Made by a program: the position numbers and the translations under genes. The notes under the pieces are model-generated. The model did no database searches. It was given only the letters and a program-made list of their open reading frames with translations, and was not told the origin of the DNA. A stretch of 63,990 nucleotides of DNA, counting the filler, from an uncultured bacterium (lineage in GTDB: Bacteria > CAZSTA01), in assembly GCA_964609495.1 (NCBI GenBank). It is 7 parts of 7 records of this genome, joined end to end, with 100 filler letters (N's around TTAATTAATTAA, not from the genome) between each part and the next. Parts side by side here need not be neighbours in the genome. Positions count along the whole stretch, not along the records: positions 58,173 to 63,990 come from CAZSTA010000221.1; 6 more parts are not named here. One strand, 5' to 3'. This document shows, piece by piece, positions 58,472-63,990 of this stretch. The stretch's first letter is position 1. The number at the start of each line of letters is the position of its first letter.

Positions 58472-61294
58472 CTAATCCAGCATTTTTCCCGCTATATCGG
58501 ATAGCTCCTCCAACTTAAATGGTTTCATAATATGTCCATTAGCTCCCAAATCCATCGCCCTCTCGATCTCCCACTCCCTACCCTCGGCTGATACAATGAT
58601 GATCGGTAAATCCTTGAATCGCCCGTCTTTCCGTATCTCCTCTATCACCTCATAACCATCCTTCACGGGTAATCTTAAATCCAGAAGCATTAGATCAACA
58701 GAAGGATGTCTTTTCAATATCTCCATCGCTTGTTTCCCATCCAAAGCGGTTAAGGTCTCATATCCCAACCTATTCATTATCACTCCTAGAATCCTGACGG
58801 TGTCTGGTTCATCATCTACGATTAGGACTGTCTTATCATTGAACTTTAATTCCTCTCCCGGAGTAGATAGAGAGGATGAGATGACGGACTCCTCAGCAGG
58901 TAGGTATGGCAAGCGAATGGTGAAGGTAGTCCCCTTCCCTATCTTGCTCTCTACTTTGATATCTCCCTCTAATAATTCCACCATCTCCTTGACGATGCTT
59001 AAACCGAGTCCGGTCCCTCCATATCTCCTGGTGGTGGACATATCTACCTGGTAAAAACGATCGAAGATATGATCTAGCTTATCTTCAGGTATTCCGATAC
59101 CAGTATCAGATACGTTTAGGACTACCTTCTCGTCTTCTAGTTTTGCAGATATGCTTATCTCTCCCCCAGGCTCGGTGAACTTCAATGCATTTCCGATGAG
59201 ATTAGTTAAGGTAGTTACAATCACATTTCTGTCCAGCATTATCTCTGGAATACCACTTGAAATAAAGCTTGATATCTTTACCCCCTTATTCTCGGCAGCT
59301 GTTGTGTGAGAATGAATGATATCCAGAACAACCTGTGCTAAGGGAATGGCTTGTAGATTAACCTCCTGCCTTCCTACCTCTAGTCTAGCAAGGGTGAGTA
59401 GATCATTGGTCAGAATCTCTTGCCGATCCACATTCTTTATAATGATGTCCGACATTTCCTCGAGCTGATCTCTGGAGAGATCAGGCATACTATAAATAAT
59501 CTCAGCTGCTCCTCTTATCCCGGTAAGAGGAGTGCGAAGCTCGTGACTGACCATATTCAAGAATTTGGACTTAACTCTGAGAGCCTCATTTAGCTGAACT
59601 GTCAATTCCTCCAATTCCTCTTTGCGCCTTTTAAGTTCCTCCTCGGCCTGGTTACGCGCCATAAATGCGACAAGGGTATCAGAGGCAAGATGGAGTATAT
59701 TCACATTCTCATCTCTCCAATGCCTCGTCTTCTCTGTATCGTCGAATCCTATGAATCCGAGCAGCCTGTCCCGGGAATACATTGGAACGATGAGTAGAGA
59801 ATAAATCTTCCGAGCTTCAAGGATCTCTTTCTCAGCTCTCGCTTCTGGGGGAAGCTTTGATACATCGGATACTATGATATTTTCATTTTGATAGAGCTTA
59901 GTCATCCCCCAGGGGAAGATCGCGGTGTCGAGGTCTTGAAGGTTTTCGATTTGAGGCTCTGTCCCATCAGCGCACCATTCGTGGGTATTGTCCATCTTTG
60001 CCCCGTCATCCTTGAGCATAAAAATACAGGCACGATTGACATCCACTGTGTTCCCCAGTTCTCCTAGAGCAATGTTTAGGGCGACATCGAGATCATCAGC
60101 GCTCATAAGGAGAGCTGAGATTCGGGCAATGGCAGACTCAAGTTTGAGCCTATACAAAATTTCCTCCTCTGCTCGTTTGCGCTCGGTGATGTCTTCGTAT
60201 GTTACAAACTGCTTTTCCTCATATATTGAAGCAGGTCTGAAGGATATCTCTTTAGCTGATCCGTCTTTACACGTTACCGTAAATATCCTAGGTCTTGCCT
60301 CTCCTCGCTCTGCCGCCTTTAAATCTTTGATCCATGTTGAAATGGCCTCACCTCTATATTTTGGGTCAGGATATGCCTTTTCAAACCAGTCCTTTCCAGT
60401 GGGTATATCCTCCAGCATGTATCCAAATATTTTGATGAACTCTGGATTGATATATTCGTATCGACCATCTCTATCTATGATGGATATTCCAAAGGGAGAC
60501 TTCTCTGATAAAGATTGAAACTTTTCCTTTTCTTTCAGCAGCGCCTCCTCTGCCCGTTTACGCTTGGTGATATCGATCCCGATACCAATGATATTGATGA
60601 TCTGCCCTTCAGTGTCTCTAAGAGCAGTATTATGCCAGGCTATCCATCTCTCCTCTCCTGACTTTGTGAGCCAGGGATTCTCATAATAAGTTGGCCACTC
60701 TCCTTGCTCTACTCCATTTCGCAGACCCCTGAAGGCTTCCCCTACCGGCTCGAAGAATCTTTCAGGAAGTAGGAAATCCCATATATGCCTGCTAATAGCT
60801 TCTCCCTCAGTGTATCCTGTAACCTCCACACACTTCCTATTAAAGAGAGTAATTCGCCCTTCAAGATCGAGTCCTACGATAAGGGCGTCAGCGGTCTGGA
60901 TTATCTCCTGCGAAAAATCCCTCTCTTGACGTAATGTTTCTTCATACCTTAATCTTTCTTTCTCCTCAGCTATCTTTGTCCTTCTATGCCACCAGGCTAT
61001 TGAACCCGTCACCATAATTAACATGCTCGCTCTGACTAAGTCACTCCACGGTGGAGTATTCATCTGCAATATATGGGAGATTATGTGGAAGATCGCGAAA
61101 CCTATGCTCAGGAGCCATCCTTTCCAACCCCAGATAATTATTGCTAAGAAAACAGGGACATAATAGATATAGACAACAGGTATGTAATAGATATGCGCAA
61201 ATATAACATTTATACCTATACTGTGAAAATATATAGTGATTATAACCGCAAAGAAGGTTAATAATACAACTAGTATTTTGTCTATTTTGTTCAT
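58472..61294 (-). CDS. hybrid sensor histidine kinase (TM-PAS-PAS-GAF-HisKA-HATPase-REC)
   Basis: DIT.RK.AEE PAS ends, GAF NTHEWC, SHELRTPL, NALKFT, GTGLGL, IVDDE..DLMLLD; ATG 61294 follows GGAGG. Confidence 0.92.
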   Translation of the reverse strand: MNKIDKILVVLLTFFAVIITIYFHSIGINVIFAHIYYIPVVYIYYVPVFLAIIIWGWKGWLLSIGFAIFHIISHILQMNTPPWSDLVRASMLIMVTGSIAWWHRRTKIAEEKERLRYEETLRQERDFSQEIIQTADALIVGLDLEGRITLFNRKCVEVTGYTEGEAISRHIWDFLLPERFFEPVGEAFRGLRNGVEQGEWPTYYENPWLTKSGEERWIAWHNTALRDTEGQIINIIGIGIDITKRKRAEEALLKEKEKFQSLSEKSPFGISIIDRDGRYEYINPEFIKIFGYMLEDIPTGKDWFEKAYPDPKYRGEAISTWIKDLKAAERGEARPRIFTVTCKDGSAKEISFRPASIYEEKQFVTYEDITERKRAEEEILYRLKLESAIARISALLMSADDLDVALNIALGELGNTVDVNRACIFMLKDDGAKMDNTHEWCADGTEPQIENLQDLDTAIFPWGMTKLYQNENIIVSDVSKLPPEARAEKEILEARKIYSLLIVPMYSRDRLLGFIGFDDTEKTRHWRDENVNILHLASDTLVAFMARNQAEEELKRRKEELEELTVQLNEALRVKSKFLNMVSHELRTPLTGIRGAAEIIYSMPDLSRDQLEEMSDIIIKNVDRQEILTNDLLTLARLEVGRQEVNLQAIPLAQVVLDIIHSHTTAAENKGVKISSFISSGIPEIMLDRNVIVTTLTNLIGNALKFTEPGGEISISAKLEDEKVVLNVSDTGIGIPEDKLDHIFDRFYQVDMSTTRRYGGTGLGLSIVKEMVELLEGDIKVESKIGKGTTFTIRLPYLPAEESVISSSLSTPGEELKFNDKTVLIVDDEPDTVRILGVIMNRLGYETLTALDGKQAMEILKRHPSVDLMLLDLRLPVKDGYEVIEEIRKDGRFKDLPIIIVSAEGREWEIERAMDLGANGHIMKPFKLEELSDIAGKMLD

Positions 61295-61371
61295 TTTTCT
61301 ACCTCCACTCTTACAACAAATCCCTATTAATAGATCAAAAGTCAATAAGGGGAATGCTAAGGTATCATTAT

Positions 61372-62418
61372 TCAATAACCGGGTATGAACAATTCCATAT
61401 AAGTGTTCATCGCATATCTATCGGTCATCCCTGCTAGGAAATCACAGATGACCCGTTTGATATCCCCTTGTTCCTCCTTATATTTATATCTATCTCTTAA
61501 CTTCTCGGGGTTATCTAAGAAGAAGTTATACAACTCTTTGACTATATGGATCGCCTTCTCCCGCTGTTTTCTGATCTGAGTTGCTCCTGTATAGACCTCC
61601 TGAAATAGAAACTCACGCAATTTATCGGTCTCATCCAGAACTTCAGGACTCATCTCAATGGTATCCTTATTCCAACTGGCGCGAACAATATCTTTAACCA
61701 TCGTATCTATTCGCTGGGAGTGAGTATATCCTAAAACCTCTAAACAACTGTGAGGAAGATCACTTTCGGAGATGATCCCTGCCCGTAGAGAATCATCAAT
61801 GTCGTGATTGATATAAGCGACGCTGTCGGCGATTCTCACAACCTGTCCTTCCAAAGCAATCGGTTTATCCTCTTCCCCAGCCTTTAAGATGGACTCTCGG
61901 ACCTTGGAGTGCTTAAGGATTCCATCTCGAACCTCCCCGCTCAGATTCAATCCATTCTTGCCCTCTAAAATATCTACCACCCGTAAGCTCTGCTCATTAT
62001 GTCTGAAACCATCGAAATATACCTCATCGAGAGCGAACTCCCCAGCATGGCCGAAAGGGGTATGTCCTAGATCGTGTCCCATCGCGATCGCCTCGGTAAG
62101 ATCTTCGTTGAGTCTTAAAGCTCTGGCTATCGTTCTAGCGATTTGAGATACCTCTAAGGTATGAGTTAGTCTGGTGCGGAAGTGATCTCCTTCAGGAGAG
62201 ATAAAGACTTGAGTCTTATGCTTAAGACGACGAAAAGCCTTGCAATGAATTATCCGATCTCTATCCCTTTGAAAGATCGTCCTTATTTCACAGGGCTTTT
62301 CCTCTCTTTCTCGACCACGAGAGGCAGAACTTAAAGTCGCATAGGGAGATAGATGTTGCTCTTCAAACTTTTCCCATAAGCGACGAGGAGGTAGAGTATT
62401 GAAACTGCTTTTGTTCAC
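61372..62418 (-). CDS. dgt: deoxyguanosinetriphosphate triphosphohydrolase
   Basis: [41 protein letters not shown]. Confidence 0.95.
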   Translation of the reverse strand: MNKSSFNTLPPRRLWEKFEEQHLSPYATLSSASRGREREEKPCEIRTIFQRDRDRIIHCKAFRRLKHKTQVFISPEGDHFRTRLTHTLEVSQIARTIARALRLNEDLTEAIAMGHDLGHTPFGHAGEFALDEVYFDGFRHNEQSLRVVDILEGKNGLNLSGEVRDGILKHSKVRESILKAGEEDKPIALEGQVVRIADSVAYINHDIDDSLRAGIISESDLPHSCLEVLGYTHSQRIDTMVKDIVRASWNKDTIEMSPEVLDETDKLREFLFQEVYTGATQIRKQREKAIHIVKELYNFFLDNPEKLRDRYKYKEEQGDIKRVICDFLAGMTDRYAMNTYMELFIPGY

Positions 62419-63990
62419 GGCACTAACCTTTCCATTGGTAATTCTCTCCTCTTCTGAACCTCTATCTTGATCTCCTTACGACCAGCGATGATCATATCTG
62501 TTGTCTGAGTGGCTACTATCGTCTCCTTCTCTTCCTTGCTGGGAGGTGTTAACTTTTCCATAGGAGGATGAGATCTAGGTAACTCCTCCTCAACCTCCTC
62601 GGTAGCCACTACTTCACCTCCTTCCTCCACCTCAGTCGGACCTAGGGGAATAGCTTCGATCACAATATCGTTATTTTTATCTCTCGATACATAATCCTCT
62701 ATCTGTTCCTCTAGACTCTTCGGAGGTTCTTTCTCCTCCTCATTTTGCTCTACTTGATCTAAGGAGACCCCTCCTCCCCGCACTATGATGATCGTCGATC
62801 CAATAGCTGAGTCCTCAGGAATTTTGAAATTTATTATATTCTTTATCGGCTCTTGGCGGAAGGGACGGAGATTCACTACGACTTGGACGCGATCTCCTGG
62901 ATTGGCTATCTTGCGATCGATATCAGCTTCCTCAATTAGCGCTATTTTTCGCTCTTTATCTATATCTAGTTCGAGATTTATCTCTTGAAGATCAACCTTC
63001 TTGAACTCGTTGTTCATCAACATAGTCATACCGATCAAGATATCCGCCAAGGAGGCGACAGCAATGTCGAAATCAGAATAGAACATATTAACCCTTCTGA
63101 TAGGTGAGGGAAAGTTATCCCCCTTAAACTCAAGTTTCATTTGAGAAGTCCCCTCCCCTATTCGATCTATAGTGCCATCTATCGCCTGTAAAATCGCTGT
63201 TAATGCCATAAAGGGGCTAAGATTCTCGTCATTGATCATCTGAACTTCAAATCCTCTCGTTTGATCGAGATCTTTTGCCGTGACCTTCACGTTGATTAAT
63301 ATAGAATCTGGATACTCTTTGACCTTCCCCGAGAGAGCGGTGGAACGATCCTGCTCGATGCGCCCGATGAGATCAAGGGGATGAGCGATCTTAAAGGGAA
63401 GCTCTTCGCTATAAACTACCTTGAGAACCTCGGCAGTGGTGAGAAAGAGATCAACATCTCCTTTACGAAGTAGGGGATGTCCGAATGATACGGATTTATC
63501 ATCTTTTTGATAGGTCAGAGTTCCGATATAAGTGATATCCATATCCCCGCGCATTAATTGAACTCCAATCGCGCTGCCTGGCTCGAAAGTGGAAGTGCTT
63601 TCAGGATTCTTCTCTGTCTTCATACCTGCTGACCAGATAGGTTGGATCTCATATTGACTCAGCTTATCCTTAACCATCTGCAAAGCGCGTCCGGAGAGAC
63701 CAGAGATCATAACTGGAGTCTGCACTGGGGTCATAACCGCAACTTCACTCTCAGCAAGAGAGGGAGGAATCCTCCCCTGAAAGGGAACTTTTTTACCTTG
63801 AGTCCTATTGACTGCAAAAGTTCCCTTTTCTACCCTTCCTATATTAATTAGATTTGACTCGTTGAGGGAAAGGATATTGTCGGCAATTATGATCTTCTCT
63901 ATCCTTCTATCCCCTAAGATTAAAGGTTCATCGAGTTGGAAACTGCTCGTCTCCTCCTCCTCATTTTTCTCGCTGATCTCAAGCACCGAG
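62415..63990 (-). CDS. SpoIVB/peptidase S55 domain protein (5' end outside window)
   Basis: [12 protein letters not shown]....GT.T.....FGHP....G....QDR pattern. Confidence 0.75.
   Translation of the reverse strand, partial: SVLEISEKNEEEETSSFQLDEPLILGDRRIEKIIIADNILSLNESNLINIGRVEKGTFAVNRTQGKKVPFQGRIPPSLAESEVAVMTPVQTPVMISGLSGRALQMVKDKLSQYEIQPIWSAGMKTEKNPESTSTFEPGSAIGVQLMRGDMDITYIGTLTYQKDDKSVSFGHPLLRKGDVDLFLTTAEVLKVVYSEELPFKIAHPLDLIGRIEQDRSTALSGKVKEYPDSILINVKVTAKDLDQTRGFEVQMINDENLSPFMALTAILQAIDGTIDRIGEGTSQMKLEFKGDNFPSPIRRVNMFYSDFDIAVASLADILIGMTMLMNNEFKKVDLQEINLELDIDKERKIALIEEADIDRKIANPGDRVQVVVNLRPFRQEPIKNIINFKIPEDSAIGSTIIIVRGGGVSLDQVEQNEEEKEPPKSLEEQIEDYVSRDKNNDIVIEAIPLGPTEVEEGGEVVATEEVEEELPRSHPPMEKLTPPSKEEKETIVATQTTDMIIAGRKEIKIEVQKRRELPMERLVP

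Noticed and set aside
61151-61194. 24-nt tandem duplication in the kinase TM region (IYYIPV/IYYVPV)
   Set aside because: In-frame local duplication with no evidence of a special mechanism
862-63851. Many short antisense or alternate-frame ORFs in the track
   Set aside because: Shadows of well-supported genes, with no recognisable motifs
113-63990. Genome-wide reassignment of TAG
   Set aside because: Many conserved genes (ispF, argC, cimA, gdh, GH31) end at TAG at the expected length, and gdh uses TAG-ATG coupling

Overview
This window is not one locus. It is seven unrelated ~9.5-9.7 kb contigs of a draft (MAG/SAG-like) bacterial genome, joined by 100-nt N/TTAATTAATTAA/N linkers; the five complete contigs fall in decreasing length order. 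The organism looks anaerobic and saccharolytic, mixing Terrabacteria-type traits (T-box, CdaA, YvcK, S55 peptidase, near-consensus sigma-A promoters) with outer-membrane-type proteins (LptD-like, PorV-like). Content: MEP genes ispD-ispF-ispE, tandem deoxynucleoside kinases, glycoside hydrolases (GH2, GH5-like, GH31, GH65, GH106-like), two URO-D/MtaA-family proteins, MFS pair, an arginine operon argG-[DUF1611/DgcN-like]-argC-grpB-argD-argF'-argB-argH, citramalate synthase under an Ile T-box, a ferredoxin-pduL-tatC-gdh-PII-like cluster, sbcD, HU, M6 protease, a hybrid kinase and dgt. Most notable: (1) a DUF1611/DgcN-like gene coupled into the arg operon, where no argA/argJ is seen, a candidate non-orthologous N-acyl-glutamate synthase, beside an ArgF' with a succinyl-type specificity residue; (2) a variant c-di-GMP-II-like riboswitch with ON-switch terminator upstream of ferredoxin-pduL; (3) a twice-repeated, unrecognised two-hairpin leader motif upstream of a sugar-binding protein; (4) two genes interrupted by in-frame TAG codons. 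Family calls come from motif recognition by eye; no searches were run.
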